Shown: positions 1 through 13,947 of the stretch, in pieces
Layout: every line of letters starts with the position of its first letter
Numbering within the stretch: the stretch's first letter is position 1
Source: Lingula anatina
Lineage: Eukaryota > Animalia > Brachiopoda
Direction: 5' to 3'
NCBI GenBank assembly: GCA_051362555.1
Contig: CM120644.1
Location: 13,352,567-13,416,566, forward strand
Length of the DNA stretch: 64,000 bases
The notes under the pieces: model-generated
Database searches by the model: none
Seen by the model: only the letters and a program-made list of their open reading frames with translations
Told to the model about the DNA's origin: nothing
Program-made: the position numbers and the translations under genes

Positions 1-121
1 TTTTTTACGTTTCCTGTCGTGTTAAATGTAATATTTTGGGGTTTATATCGTCACGGGACGAAGAGCATTGAATGAATGAATTACAAAACACATCTATTAA
101 CCTTCATGTACGTTTACTTAC

Positions 122-182
122 CGCTAAAGTAAATCACGAAGACAAACGCTATTGCAAAACCTGGCAGGACACGCGCTGGCAT
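122..182 (-). CDS. Probable first coding exon (signal peptide MPARVLPGFAIAFVFVIYFS) of a secreted or membrane protein gene continuing beyond the left edge
   Basis: ATG at 182 with A at -3 and an upstream in-frame TGA; 20 mostly hydrophobic codons plus 1 nt, then a consensus donor G|GTAAGT at 121. Confidence 0.45.
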
Positions 183-510
183 TCTGACGCGGAATTTCCT
201 TCTTCCTGAGCGGCAAGACAATCACTGTACCTACTTTTTAGTGAACGTGGAATATGGCATCGAAATAAATCATCACTTATATTTGTTATGATATTTCCGG
301 TCTTAATATGATTACGATAGCACGTGAGGTTGGTTTTCTATTACCTTTCTAAAGATTCGTCTCAGTGACGCCAATAGGTATCATGTAAGGTGTATTGTCA
401 CATATTGTATTGCTATCACAAGAACTTCACTTACATTGATTAAAATCGCAGCCAAGACACGATTCGACCATAATTCCAGGAGGTTTACTCCCAGTCGTTA
501 TCAGGGACAA

Positions 511-572
<62 letters not shown>

Positions 573-1289
573 AGACATACTGATGTCATCTTATGTAAGG
601 CGCACTGAGAGTGTAGTGCGTTTACAAGAACAAAACTCAAGTTTTGTTTCTTTTTTCTTTCTTTCTTTCTTTCTTTAATCGTAGTCACGAAAGTACAGTT
701 AAGAGGGCTTTTTTCGTTTAAATTCATAATAACCTGATAGTCACCACCTCAGTGGGAGTCCACCTCGGCACAGCTTCGACTCAGTCGATGAAATGACATC
801 AAACAGAATGGTTTATAAGCCGGGAAGGCAGGCAGGCGTTCCTTGGACGGAATGTCATGTAGGTTTAAATCCAAAATATCAATGGTTAAGGCAAGGGTTT
901 TGATACGGAGGTGAAGCAATGCACATGTAAAACAGTAGGCCTACATGACTTTTTATATAATACATGTACACTGTATGTAGGTCACAGTAAAGGAAATTGC
1001 TTGATTTTGTCTCCTTTCCCCTGATCATATACTGTTTTTGACTTTTATTCACGTTGATTTTATTATATTTTACTTTTCTTTTAATTCATATATCTTAAGT
1101 TCAATTGATTGATAGAATCGGAGGAGAGAACAGGAAGATCCTTCGTAGCAGATGGAGAAAACTGTCAGGTGTGCCCACGTTAGAATTTTCCATTGATTCA
1201 CCCACAGAAAGTAGCCCAAAGTATGACTCACGGGAAAACATTGTTTGAAACGCTTGCATTTGTAGCCATAACACATGAAGTCATGAATG

Positions 1290-1665
1290 TAAAATTAATA
1301 TATAGGAATAAATTAACTAACGTTGTTAAAACTGCAAGCAAGATTATCGGACAGGATCTCCCCAAGCTGTATGATATTTTTAAAAACAGAATGGAGAAAA
1401 GAACTGGATACACGATGAAAGATTATTCTCACCCAACATCATCACTTTTTACGTATTTACCAAGCAATAGTAGACTGTTAACTTTTAAAGGCAGTAAACG
1501 CTTGAAAAAAAAAAACAGATTTTAACCAAGTGCAGTAATTTGATCTCAAAACCAAATTCCAAATTTATCTATTGTATTACTTTTACTCTATATATTATCG
1601 AACTCCAAAAGGAAAATTATTTCCGATTTTTATAATTGGCTAAATAAACTCTTATCTCTCTTATC
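1290..1665 (+). mobile_element. 3' fragment of a Rex1/Babar-like non-LTR retrotransposon (post-RT C-terminal region)
   Basis: Translation KLTNVVKTASKIIGQDLPKL...DYSHPTSSLFTYLPSNSR...F*PSAV fits the typical Rex/L2 C-terminal pattern; in-frame stop; AATAAA followed by a short CTCTTAT repeat tail. Confidence 0.7.
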
Positions 1666-1921
1666 CCTTAGAAATAAAAGTGAAATAAACATACAGAGTA
1701 ATTTTGATTTTGCTTTATATATCAAGTTCATTAAGTGCCCAGAGAATTTGGAAATGTATGTTTGAACCTTTTTTTATCTGCACACTTATGTCTACCCTCC
1801 TTCCGTTTTGAACTTTCCTCTCCAGTTGCTTCTGTTGTCTTTACCCTCAAGTTCTCTTCTTCTTCTCATCAAGAAGGTGTTTATGCCAATGTTAAGCCCA
1901 TTCAATTTTCTCACATTTATA

Positions 1922-1957
<36 letters not shown>

Positions 1958-2469
1958 CACAATTACCAATAACAGACATTGCGACAGTAGGACAAATGTA
2001 CATTTTAACTTACATGGACGTTTAGGTAGTGGTTCAAATATTTGATTGTTGTTAGTGAAAGTGATTTCATAAATTGGAAATGTAAGTTGGTGGCCACGTT
2101 GTTGCCAATGCAATTAAGGTTTTTGTTCGAATCACTACAAAAATTACGGTAGGCCTAACAGTTTCAATCCATCTTGAAACTGTAATGTTAATTGTCCGTT
2201 CCAACTCATTAACATGGACAATTCAAATTAAAATAACGCGATATTCACTTTCACTTATAGTAGTTTGGTTATTTGGGAAGGCAATAACCAACCAATCTCA
2301 ATTCTATGCATATTTCGAATCGACCCATATTTGTAGTAAAGTTTTGATAAGATTGCGTTAGATGGGATACTTGTGTCGACACTGTCTCAACTAGCACAAT
2401 GTCGACACAGTCGATCTAATATCCAAGCGGATTTATAAGCGAGATTGTGTGCATATATTTGTACATATA

Positions 2470-2700
2470 GGGCTGATTCCCAATGAAACAATGGGCCTGC
2501 GTGAATCAATCCAACTCTGTGGGGACTCTCGGTAAATGAAATCAGTTAAACAAATTAAAACTTCTCTTACATTCTACTTTTAAGTTAAAACACCAGTAAA
2601 ATATGTCTGCTGCCAGTTAATCTTGCATTTAGCGAGAGGCACTGCGGAGTTGGATTAAGATTAAGAGGCGCCGCCCATTTCCTTGTCGTTGCAGGACACT
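2470..2700. mobile_element. Degenerate copy of the Harbinger-type MITE family also at 16847 and 26683
   Basis: Shares GGGCTGATTCCCAATGAAAC...ATCAATCCAACTC and GGAGTTGGAT with the other copies. Confidence 0.55.
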
Positions 2701-3377
2701 CCCAGAGTAGCAGCCTCACAATTGACTCGAATTGTATTTTGTTAATTTATTTACTAGGGCATGATTTGGTATCCTTTTCTGTTTCTTTTAATATTTTATA
2801 ATTTTTTTTAATATCTGTCGTAGACCAAACAAATAAAAAGCACTGATGAATGAATTTATATAATTACAACGTTCCAAATATATATGTATTCTTCTTTTCC
2901 TTTTTGATAGACAAACTTCTTTTTTTTTTTTCTAAACCATTATCGACATTAAATAAATGCAAAGTAAATTAAAACATCAATAACAAACGCTGGTGTTACA
3001 ATAGCACAAACATGTTATTTCCACTGGACATGCCCATCAAAGGCTACTTCTCTTACAGAAAATTTCGTCTTCTTCACCCTCAGATCATACACAATTGGAG
3101 CATTGTGCCTCCATCTTTACTTACAAAGAGTTTACAAAGTTCTTCACTGACCAAACTTAATTTTTAGATCAACTAAACAGTAACACTTCAAATGTCGAGA
3201 ATCTTGACTCGTTAAATATGCCCATTGCGTGATTCTTTGAGTTACAGTTCAAAAATTATTCCAACAAGCAAGCTTACTTAACTACGCCTATTTTGAAAGA
3301 ATCTGGCCATCAGAGCAAATACTGCTTTTTTCTTTCTACTATAATTTCCACCGGATAAGCAATTCATATACATGAAA

Positions 3378-3383
3378 TTTATT
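3378..3383 (-). terminator. Candidate polyadenylation signal of the Bcl-2-like gene (implies a ~2.7 kb 3'UTR); alternative signal at 3498-3503
   Basis: AATAAA on the - strand downstream of the stop at 6039; which signal is used is inferred. Confidence 0.3.
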
Positions 3384-6038
3384 GACAATGCAGTTGTATA
3401 ACATACAAAATAACTTGAAGTGATCAAGTTCAAATAAATTTACAGTGATATTACAGATGACGCATATGTAGGCATACTATTCTTTTCTAAATAAACATTT
3501 ATTTTTGAAAGAATGAATTTGAATCTGAGAATAGCATTAGCTTATTTTACTGTTGGAATACATTAACAAATTTAATCTGCAGTGCTGGGCATCTTCACTT
3601 CAAGCAAAGACCAGAACTCCGTACGACAGCCTCTTTTCTAATATTCTAAAGAACTGGAACCCAGACACCACAGAAAAGGGTGGACCATTTTGGTGTAAAT
3701 AACATCCATTAGTTTTATAAATTTCGATCAAGCCAGTGCATGGGTGGAGTAGCAATGCACATCTGAGTCATAATTTTATAATGTGCAATTATTTCTGAAT
3801 TGCTGCAGAACTTGCCAAATTGTACTGGCAAAAAAAAATTCTCAACTATCAAATGGAACATTTACAAAAATTTGGGTTGGGCAGATGTAACTACTGGCTG
3901 GTTGCTAAAAATAAATATAACACCTAAACAACATGATTTATACACAGAATAATGCTTATGATGTAATACAATGGTGACCGTATTTGTGTAAATCTAATTT
4001 ATAATATTAAGAGGAAAAAAATAAGATAGTGATAAAATAGACATAATCTTAAATAAGATCCAACAAGTAGACAAATTCATACACATCTACATTTGATAAA
4101 CTATTGTACTAAAGACTGTGTAATAGCCGATATAGGCTCACCAATAAACAATGACCTTTTTTTTACAATGCAAAAACAGCAGATGCAGTTATCTGGCCCA
4201 CACACTTTCAATACAGATTTACATACTTGCCCCTGGAGGGCATAAACATATGAGTGAAAATGAACACCGATGGTTCAGCTGCGCAAAAAAACACTGCCCA
4301 CCTGCTATAACTACCTTCACACTGAATCAATGATGTATCTTCAAACACTGCATCACAGCATAACAAATATTCCTGCACAGCTTCATTGTTTGAAAACACA
4401 TAAGCCAGTAGCATATCAATCTCTAAGTAATTCACTGTTCACACTTGTGTCACCCTTCGCAAAGCCGATCAGGAAATTTTCACAAATAATGCAAGCACAA
4501 GAGCCTATTTCTTTAATATTCAAGATCATCATTACTATTCATATTTTAACGTTGATTTATCTGTGGCAGTTGAATTAATGGTGGGATACTGGACATTTTG
4601 TTGACAGTGCGGCAACAAGTAGCCAAAAATGTGACAATAAGAAAGGTGTGACACTTGAGGTTGGTGACACTGTTTTAGTTTTGTGGGCATGGCTGTGTGC
4701 TGTGCAGTAGAGTTGGATGTGACAGTGTGTTTGGTGTGACAGTGTGTTGGGTGTGACAGTGTGTTGGGTGTGACATCTGGCTCAATACCACATGCCTACA
4801 TTAAACAATAAATAGGAAAAAAGAAAATTCCGAGTGCCATTTGAAGTTTTGACATTTGACATCACTTATGCACCCCTCACCGTCCAAGCATAACATGTTA
4901 TTTTTTACTTTTTTTAAATCATCACTCCCATACAAAGAAATGATGTTTCTTTTAAATAAATAAAGTGTACAACAGTTATATGAAAACAAACTTAAGTTAT
5001 AAAATCATGTATATTCAGTGGCACAACTGGAGTAACAAGGTGTCTGAGCAGCTCGTCTTGGAAAAATTGTCTCCCTCTACTGAATACATCAAAATAGATG
5101 GCAGTTGTGCTTTGCTGTAACCTTGACCCCTGATGTGTTCCAAAATTCCTGTATTTAATTTATAAATCAGTTTATGCAGTCTTTGACATAAAAATCACTT
5201 AACATGACTGAGTACTGAAGTGAAATAAAAAAAAAAAAAACATCTCTATCCTTCTCTGACAGTTCTTAAATAGACACCATTTGATACAACTCTTAAACTT
5301 TCACAGCAAGCAAACTTATGAGATGTCTTAGACATGTTCTCAGAGTTGCAAGCAAGAAACAGAAAAACGCTTCTGAATAGCCAAGGAAGCAGAATTGGTC
5401 CATTCCCTTGCTGTGCTGAACTCTATCCCCATGGCAGAAGTTACACAATGTCAAGTGTGTTGCAGCAATCTTTGGTGTGTAGTGGGCTTCTCGTTTCCTC
5501 TTCAAAGATCAAATAAAGATCGCATCAGTGACTCCAGTTTGGTTTTTGGGAACAGAAATGAAGCTAGAAATGTCTTTGGAATATTTCTCTCTGTTCTGTC
5601 TTATACATTTATTCCGAAGTATTCCAAGGTATCCTTGGCAAAATGAGTGATAAAATGAAAGCAATTGGCATGATATTAATTGAGACCATGATCTGGTAAA
5701 TGTCACTTTCTTGCCTGAAGAAAGTCATCAAAACATATAAAAGAGAGCAAGTTACTCCTTTGGTGAGCGCCCATCTCATTATTTATTTTTTTTTTTTTCA
5801 TTTGAGATACCCATCCTTTTCCATTTTGACACAGAACAAGCTTCAATACCAAATCAAATCTTCTCTGAATAATGTCTTGTCTCTTCCAAGAATCTGTTCC
5901 ATGTTTCTTCTTTCATTTCCCAGGAATCAACAGTCCAGAAATTAAAATAAAACTCCAGAACATGTCACAGATATTTTGTGAGATAAAAACATGGCATAGC
6001 AGCACAATAACGCACACACAAAAACAACAACAAAAATC

Positions 6039-6179
6039 TTAAGACTTTGACAGAAGAAATCCAAGCGTTAAGCCTGCTCCTGCCACTGCTCCGATTGCAG
6101 TCAATGCCATTTTGACATTTGGCCAAAGCTGTTCGTTTCTCATTTCTGCCCCGCCTTCATAAAATTCCACCAACCCATT
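6039..6179 (-). CDS. BCL2L1: Bcl-2/Bcl-xL-like protein, last exon (end of BH2 plus C-terminal TM anchor): NGLVEFYEGGAEMRNEQLWPNVKMALTAIGAVAGAGLTLGFLLSKS*
   Basis: Polypyrimidine tract and TTTACAG acceptor at 6180; phase-0 join to GGW gives GGWNGLVEFY (BH2); hydrophobic tail; stop TAA at 6039-6041. Confidence 0.93.
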   Translation of the reverse strand, partial: NGLVEFYEGGAEMRNEQLWPNVKMALTAIGAVAGAGLTLGFLLSKS

Positions 6180-7961
6180 CTGTAAAGAGAGAAAAAAAAA
6201 AAAAATTAAAGTATAAATATGCAGTGCAGGTTTGCTGATGGGGAATTTTAATAGTTTTTATGGTAGTATCACAGCTAAATATACAAATTGCAGCACACCT
6301 TGATACATGACTGACGCTTTGACACAAATTATATTTTCAAAATTTTGCTTCAAAATGGATTATTTGTCCCTGAAATTGGGGTGCTTAAATAATTAACAAA
6401 TAAATTACTTGATTCTATAAATATAATATGCATAAATGCAAGTACACCATATTCCTGTTCACGTATATACGTATTTATAATAAACAAAAGTATATTTAAG
6501 CAATTGTATCCTTGGATTTTCAAAGACTGTTTTCGTGTACAGCTTGTTTTAATAAAGACCTTTTTTTTAAATCTAGAAATGAAAAAGCAGAAGGAAAATC
6601 TGCAGGTTTCTTAGAATTCTGTGCTGGCCCAAGGTAAGCCCTTTATTTCTGTCAGTCTATTTTCAAATGTGATTTATTTTTATGTATTGTAATTTCACAC
6701 CACCCTTGCCAGTCCAGAAGACCTGCAATATCATAAATCTTGCAGGTCCTCTGATATTTCAAGGGGCCATGACCTGTCTGTCAGGCAGGCAGTTTTCCCA
6801 TGTCTGCATGCAACTATACATGGGATGTTAATTTGGGTGCAGGATACCCTCTACCAGGGCCACAGATTGATTTTTCACAAGATACTCACAGATATGTCTT
6901 ATATATAATAGACGGTCATTTTGACTGACTGACTTTTGGAAAATTTGCCTATAATGTCTGCCACCCTGGTAGAGGGTAGGTGGGAGGAAAGGGAGATGGA
7001 AGTAATCAAGTTTGAGAAGCAAGCACAGGCTTGTTAACCTCGACTACATACCAGACAGGTCAGGCAGTTACCAGGTACAGTAGGGCATACAGTACAACAT
7101 TACCAACAAGCCACGCGAACAGTTAATACTCATTACAAGTTAATCAGTTTAAACTTTTATCTAAAGCCGTGAAACGTGAAATGACCTCACTCCTGATAAT
7201 ACCGTCTTGTGACGGGGGAAATTTTCTCAGCAGATATGGGGATCAAATGAGTTCAGTTTTCAAGTACTCCTGAACTTCAGCAAAGATAGTACCCAGACTC
7301 AATAGAACTATCATTATTGTTGTTTCATAGAATTTACTTTGAATTAAACTTGATTTTTCAGCCAAATCATAAATCTCTTCTGATATTGCCATAAAACTCC
7401 ACCTCCACCGAAAAAGGTCCTCCCATCAGATTTTACAATACTACTGAATTGACATTATCTAAACTGCCCTTACTTCTCCCTTTACTTTATTTTCCTTTTT
7501 TTTATCAATCTATTAATTTTAGCATTCTTATCATTTCTTTTCTTCTATTATTATTATCATTATTTTGTTTCTGAAGAATTAATTTTCAAAAAATTAATAA
7601 CTTCACCCTTGATTATAATAAATACAAAATTTTTGTTATGTTGCACAGCCACGGTTGCTATGAGAGGTTGACTAAGTTTGATTGTCAAACCGAACCTTTT
7701 GACCTCTGATCCTGATAAACGTACAAAGCGAAAAAAGTATTAAGTGCAATAGACTTCACATAACTCTGACATTTAAGGACTGGAAATTGTGCTTGAGTAA
7801 TGAGAAGATTCAAGTTGGACATTGTCCCTACAAGTTTCAGCTGAAATATGTAAATAATGTTATTGTAAGGAAAAATCAATTAATTAAAATAATAATAATT
7901 GATCACTATTTATTCCACATAGAAATCAATCGAGTTATACATTTAAGAGTTGTGCTGAATG

Positions 7962-8036
<75 letters not shown>

Positions 8037-8282
8037 TTGCATCATACGTGAGCAACTGGGTTATTTATTCTACATGAGGAATGTGTATACATCAGGAGAA
8101 TAAGATGACTAAGATGCAGCAGACATGAATATGTACATTATTATTGGTAATTTGCAGTAGGCCTGTATATCATTAAGTTAAGAAAGACATTTTAATAAAT
8201 AAAAAAGATTTAAAAAATCTAATCAGAAAAGTTGTATTGGAGATCTATAAATTTATAAACTGATCCCATCCTGTGAAATCTT

Positions 8283-8371
8283 GGGGACCATTCCCACAGA
8301 TAATTGGATCGATCTATCTCCCTGGGGAGTCTCACCAAATGGATCGATCTAGGCATGGGAACCCAGTCCTG
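8283..8371. mobile_element. Short palindromic MITE relic (related to 10217-10472 and 9203-9258)
   Basis: GGGACCATTCCC...GGATCGATCTA...GGATCGATCTAGGCATGGGAA ends shared with the other copies. Confidence 0.5.
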
Positions 8372-10216
8372 GACAAACTTTGAACAATAAAGCCCACATA
8401 TCATCATGTTCACATTAAGAAGCAACACCTGACTGTGATTTGGTATTCTATTTACACTCCCACTTGAAGCCACACATAATGTAGATCGTGACAAAAATGT
8501 CAATGTATATATCATTTCAACTGTTTTTAGCTCATGTTTCCTATTTCTATTATAGCTGTCCTCTATCAGTGTAGTCAGGTGCTACAAGCCATCTAATTCA
8601 ATTACGCTCGTGGGCGAGATGCCCAACTTGACTTTTGATAAGGACGCTAATTTCAATGTACTGATTTAGTGCACTGGTATTTCTGCTAATGGCCCTATGA
8701 ACATTATTACAATGTGATGTTAACTGTAAGTACTGCTTCTAAGGATTCTTATTATATTTTGAAACTTCTGTAATTTCTTAATTATTCTCATCAATTGAAC
8801 ACATGCCATTCAACTACAGTATATTTAAAGCCATTCAACTATATTTAAATTCCAATTATAATTAGAATATTATTAATTTTTCAGAATATACAATGTACAA
8901 TGATATTCCTATCACGATCTTTGGGTACATCACTAACAATCTCCTACTGATAACCTGGAGTGTAAAAGGTCAGCCACATGACTATCATGTGACCTTCACT
9001 ACCAGGTGACCCATGTTGAAATATAATTTTCTGATCCTGCTGTTACATAATCAAATGACACAAATACACTATTACTGATTTTTCATGTTAGCCTACTATT
9101 AATGTCATTTTTTATTTTATTTTAGTATTATTATCATTTATATATTATCTTGCTTTAATTTTACTATTATCATTATAACTATCATTATCTGCAAAGATCA
9201 AAGGCTCTATTCCCATAGATTTTAGATCGATCTATCCCCGCGGGGAGTCTCACTAGATTACTTATAGTAACTGGCTCGCGCTGTGGTCTTAATAAGGAGA
9301 CACGCGCACTGATTTTGTATCAGAATGAATGCTCAATGATCGGCCAGTTGTCGGCACGTAAAGTATTATAATTTTTTCTCAAATGGGTCCGTACTGCTGG
9401 ACGCTGAAAGGACGCCGTCCAGTGTAAAGGGGCCCTTAATGTTAACACACAGGCACGATCCGTCACTTGCCTACGCATTATTTCATGTGGCCTGTCAATT
9501 TTGCCTCACGTCATCCTTGAAATACTTGTGGTAAAAGGAACATCACCACACATACCTCTAACACATACGCATAGGGTCCTACTGCTACTTTTATCTATTT
9601 TTATACAGTCTCATTTCCCTAAGTACTTGTCTACCATCAGAAGGTTGGTTCCCCTTGATATTTTACCACATTGCAGTTTACTTCCTTGTTCTACTATGCT
9701 CACAAGGATAATTAATGAATCTCAAATAAATTATTCCGTCTAACATGAAAAAGAGGACAAAAAAATGCTCATGTTTATGTTATGGCTATGAAATTAATTA
9801 TTCCTTTTTAAAAAGGAAGAAAGAAAATATCTGATTTTCTATTGCCAATGTATCACTAAAGTGGCATAAAAGCTAAGCTGAATTTGAGGTAGAAATCGAA
9901 TTTTCAACTTCACATCTCTTTTGGCAATTTAACAGTTAATTATCTCTATACAATGAAAGTCTGCTTTTCAGCAGTGCTGTTTTGTATATTTGTGAAAGGG
10001 CAACATAATATATCAAAAAACTTCCACACAGTTTTGATCAATTTATAGGGTAAGACACTTATTCAGAATTAAAAGAAGTGGTATACCAGTAATAATAGCT
10101 TTTACTGATATAAGGGTCTCCAAGGATTTTTTTACAAGAATTGTTTATATTTGATTTTATTTATTTATTTATTTTTCTTGTCTACGGGAGGTCTGAGCTG
10201 CTAGGGTAATCTGTAG

Positions 10217-10472
10217 GGACCATTCCAAAACCCTATCGAACTAACTGTGGATCGATCCTTCACCAAGGGGTTTCTTGCTAAATAGCTTTCAGCTAAAGCG
10301 GCTCTGATGTCTGGCATGCCTACTGAAGCTGTCAGGGGGTAATTCACCATAGTTAAGCAGCTTCAGTAGGCATGCCAGACATCTTAGCTACTTTAGCTGA
10401 AAGCAATTTAACGAGAAACCCCTTGGAGATGGAAAGAACCTGTTAGATCAATCTAGGTATGGGAATGGGGTC
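10217..10472. mobile_element. Foldback MITE with a long internal inverted repeat, in the Bcl-2-like intron
   Basis: Perfect 26-bp arms GATGTCTGGCATGCCTACTGAAGCTG / CAGCTTCAGTAGGCATGCCAGACATC, extended by imperfect arms to AAGGGGTTTC / GAAACCCCTT. Confidence 0.7.
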
Positions 10473-11202
10473 TAAGTCTTCACCGATAAGGAAGACACTA
10501 TGCCTGCCATCTGCCCTCCACCAGCTGCTGTTGTTGTAACAGATGTGATTTCCTTTGTTCTTGCATAAGTCCTGGCATCAAACTAATAACAAGTTTGAAG
10601 AACAAAGCTGTGGAAACAAAGCAAAAGTCACTAACACTGTAGACTGTCATGCTGTTGTCCATTACCCACCCATTGTCCTGTTTAAAGACAGGTCTAAAAT
10701 GTGTCCCTCCCCCTCCACACCAATCCCCCCCCCCCCCCCCCCCCCCCCCAATACAATCCACATAGGACTGATATTGAAACATTACCAAATCACTGACCAA
10801 GGTGTTTAAAGCAATTTGTTTCTGTTAGCCAGAAACTTGGGACATAAAATCACCAAACCAATGACATAAGCTTTCAATATTTAACAATTACTGGCACTTG
10901 TAGTCTAAGTCAGTGATGTCGTATCTCTCTCTCTCTCTCTCTCTTTTCTCCCAGCCTGTCCCATCTTCGAAAACACAGGGTCAATCAAGTTTTAAAAAAA
11001 AATAATAATAATAGCAAGCATAAATGACAAAAATTAATATACTTCCAGGAAATCAAATAGAAATGAAGGCTGCCATAAGCAATAAAATTGCCACTAACTG
11101 CAAATACAATATACTGTCCTTATCCGTCTTTTAGTCATCATCTCTGCAATTATCGTCTGGAATAACATGAACCTTGAAATTCCCCAATAATCATCAGTTT
11201 AA

Positions 11203-12797
11203 GGGATCTTGGATATTAACGAAAAACTCCAAAACTAATGCAGCTAATGAAATTTCCTATTAACTTAAAGATAAGGTCTAGCAAGCCAAACAATTTTTCA
11301 AAGTTTGTGGTCACAGTGTAACACGAGTGACGTAATATCAGCGTTTTGAGGCTAAAATTGTCTTTTTTTTAATCAAGAATTTCTCTTAAACAAAAAGCCC
11401 TATTAATACGATTGAAATAGCTATCTAAAAGTTAGCACAAACTCCAGTGATCTCTGTCAGGATTTTCTCTTTTTATTTTTGCTTTTGATTTTATTTTGAT
11501 AAAACGTGAATTTTACGAAATATATATGGACCTTCCAATTTCAGTATTAATAACTTCAAAAATAAAAGGTCAATCCAAAAACCAAGACTCAGTCGACTAG
11601 ATATTTTACTGAAACAGAGACACATCAAATTTCATGTCAATCTGACAGTTACAGAATGAGATATGGGTATTGAAGTTTAGACTATGTTATCAATCTTCAA
11701 AGCTGAGAAATCGCTCCTAAACCATTTTGCTCAGGTAATTGGGCTATTTAAGCAAAATAATTGCACCTCCGCCTTACCTGTTATCATCTTGTTGATCGGG
11801 AAGGTCTATACACCATTACGTGTTAAAATTGGGTTGTTTGTTTCTATCTAGATGCCAGAAAATCTTACTTTTGTACGCAAACTTATTCGTACCACGAAAG
11901 CCGCTCTTCCCTGAGAAATGATTGACAGCTGAGTAGGTCTACCTTCTCTCGTTTCACTGACGTAATTAATCATAATTGTGCCTGACGCAGTAGGAGTCTG
12001 TGCACTGTCTAGGAAGTGTCTAAGGAAGCGCTTACAAACAAAAAGAGGATTACTTGGTGTGCCAGCAGAGGAAATTTGCCACCCGTCGTGCGTGGACGCC
12101 GCTCTACACACCAAGACACGAAAATTGAGAAAGCAAAGCAAGATTTACTCCGAGAAATGGCCGAATGTGGGTACGCATATGCCATGATGCCACAGAGTGC
12201 CAAGACCGTAATATGCGAATTTGAAAATGTTTTGGGTGGCAATATTACTTAAAAACTTGCTTGCTATTACAATCTTTATTGTGCATAAAATGATTGCCTA
12301 ACGATTTTTTTCTGACAACCCCAGACGTTGTACGAATACTCAGCAGTTCAAGTGTGATCTCGAGTCTTTACCTAGACGTGATTTAGACGCTATAGTAGAA
12401 AATTTAATATATCGTACACTCTCTTTCAAAATTCTCTTGCTTTCCTCGCTCATCCGTTTTCTTACGACTTTCTTTCTTCCCATGACTGTTTATATAACTG
12501 TGTTCTGCTTAGCTGACGTAAGACTTATGAGCTGCCAGGGCACGCGTAACAGCTTAAGAAGTTAGACAACCATTCTTGCCCCGCCCCCCATAGTAACGGT
12601 GCTTGACAACGGAGGCGGAGCCTAAAGCCTGCCACCCGTACCAGTCAGGACAGGTAGAAAAACTCGTCCAAATGTATATTTTTAGTCCGTGTTTCACAAA
12701 TATAACTTAATTGAGTATTAGATACAAAATTGATTATTTCTAACGTATAAAAAACTAAAAATCGAGTTTTAGACGTATTTTTAATATCCTAGACCCC
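11203..12797 (-). mobile_element. Non-autonomous Kolobok-like DNA transposon
   Basis: TTAA at 11199-11202 and 12798-12801; imperfect TIRs GGGATCTTGGATATTAA / TTAATATCCTAGACCCC with purine termini; GC-richer interior with a short basic ORF start MGRKKVVRKR (- strand, about 12483). Confidence 0.7.
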
Positions 12798-13947
12798 TTA
12801 ATAGTACTCTGGATATGTTTTTTGGGAAAAAGACCCAAACCCAAAATAAACCTTACAGTAAAGTTACTAGTACATATTCCAGTAATTACAGATTATTCAT
12901 TCCAGTCTGGAAATCAGAAATCCTTATAGATGTTGAACTAATTAGTGTGTGCTCACGACTCCTATCTTCCAATTCAGTAACGGTTAACATAAACTGATCC
13001 TGGCATAACCGAGCTATTTCGAACAATAAAGTGTGTTATGAAGCCATCTGTTCTTGCATAATACAGTTCTGTAATACTAGCCCATTACTGATTCAGTAGC
13101 AGTACCAGAGAACCCACTAGATGCTGAAACTAGCTCTGATAATTAAAAAAGGCAAAACAAGTAACTGAAACTCTTGGCACAAAACCTATTTACTTTTTAT
13201 TAGTGCCACAGAATGTAGAATAATGTATTCTTCAAATGTCAGACTACACAAGAGAAGAATTATAATTAAACTTTCAACATGAAAAAGCCCACTTTTCGGA
13301 AAATTCCAGCTTAAACCGAAATAAGCTCCAATGAACAGCATGCCTCTGTGAGTTTTAGAACATTGCACAATTCTAATTAGCTGACCAAGGAGTGGTCGTC
13401 CATTAAACTGGCCTTGTTTATGACAGCATAATTTGTGAATATTGACTCAGCTCGTAGAACGATGTTCGATGTTAGGCAGAATGCCAAATACAGTACTTTC
13501 ATTATTTCCGTATTTCAATCAATCTCAGTGCTAGAGATGCACAAGACCCTTTTACAGTTGGTTAAAAACAAGAAAAGGAGAGAAAAATGTTCTCATACCA
13601 GTGAACTAAGATACAATACATGCTGGTTTTTGATTAGTATGGCTTCTTTTAGCAAAACATTTTATAAATTACGAAATCCAATTTTAGGTCTATTTCATTT
13701 CAAAAGAGGACATAGAACTCTATTTAACTCCCATTTCTGGCACGAAACTTCTCAGAAAAAAATGTTTACATGCATCTATCACATGTCTCCTGACTGGACT
13801 CGTATTGGCCATGATCCCATTTGCCAGTGTAAACATTCCTTCACAAACATCTACAAATAGTCTCCATTTTCTTGGAATTTGTCCATATACTCTGACCACA
13901 GGTATTACATAAGACACATGTAGTTGTTATGTGAATGTTTGGATATA

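Noticed and set aside
436-727. ORFs with IYIYIY, SLSLSL, HTHT or poly-G/P runs here and elsewhere
   Set aside because: Translations of microsatellites and homopolymers
4352-5401. Single K-box (CTGTGAT) and miR-133-like seed matches in the putative 3'UTR
   Set aside because: Isolated 7-mers are expected by chance in ~2.7 kb; no conservation data
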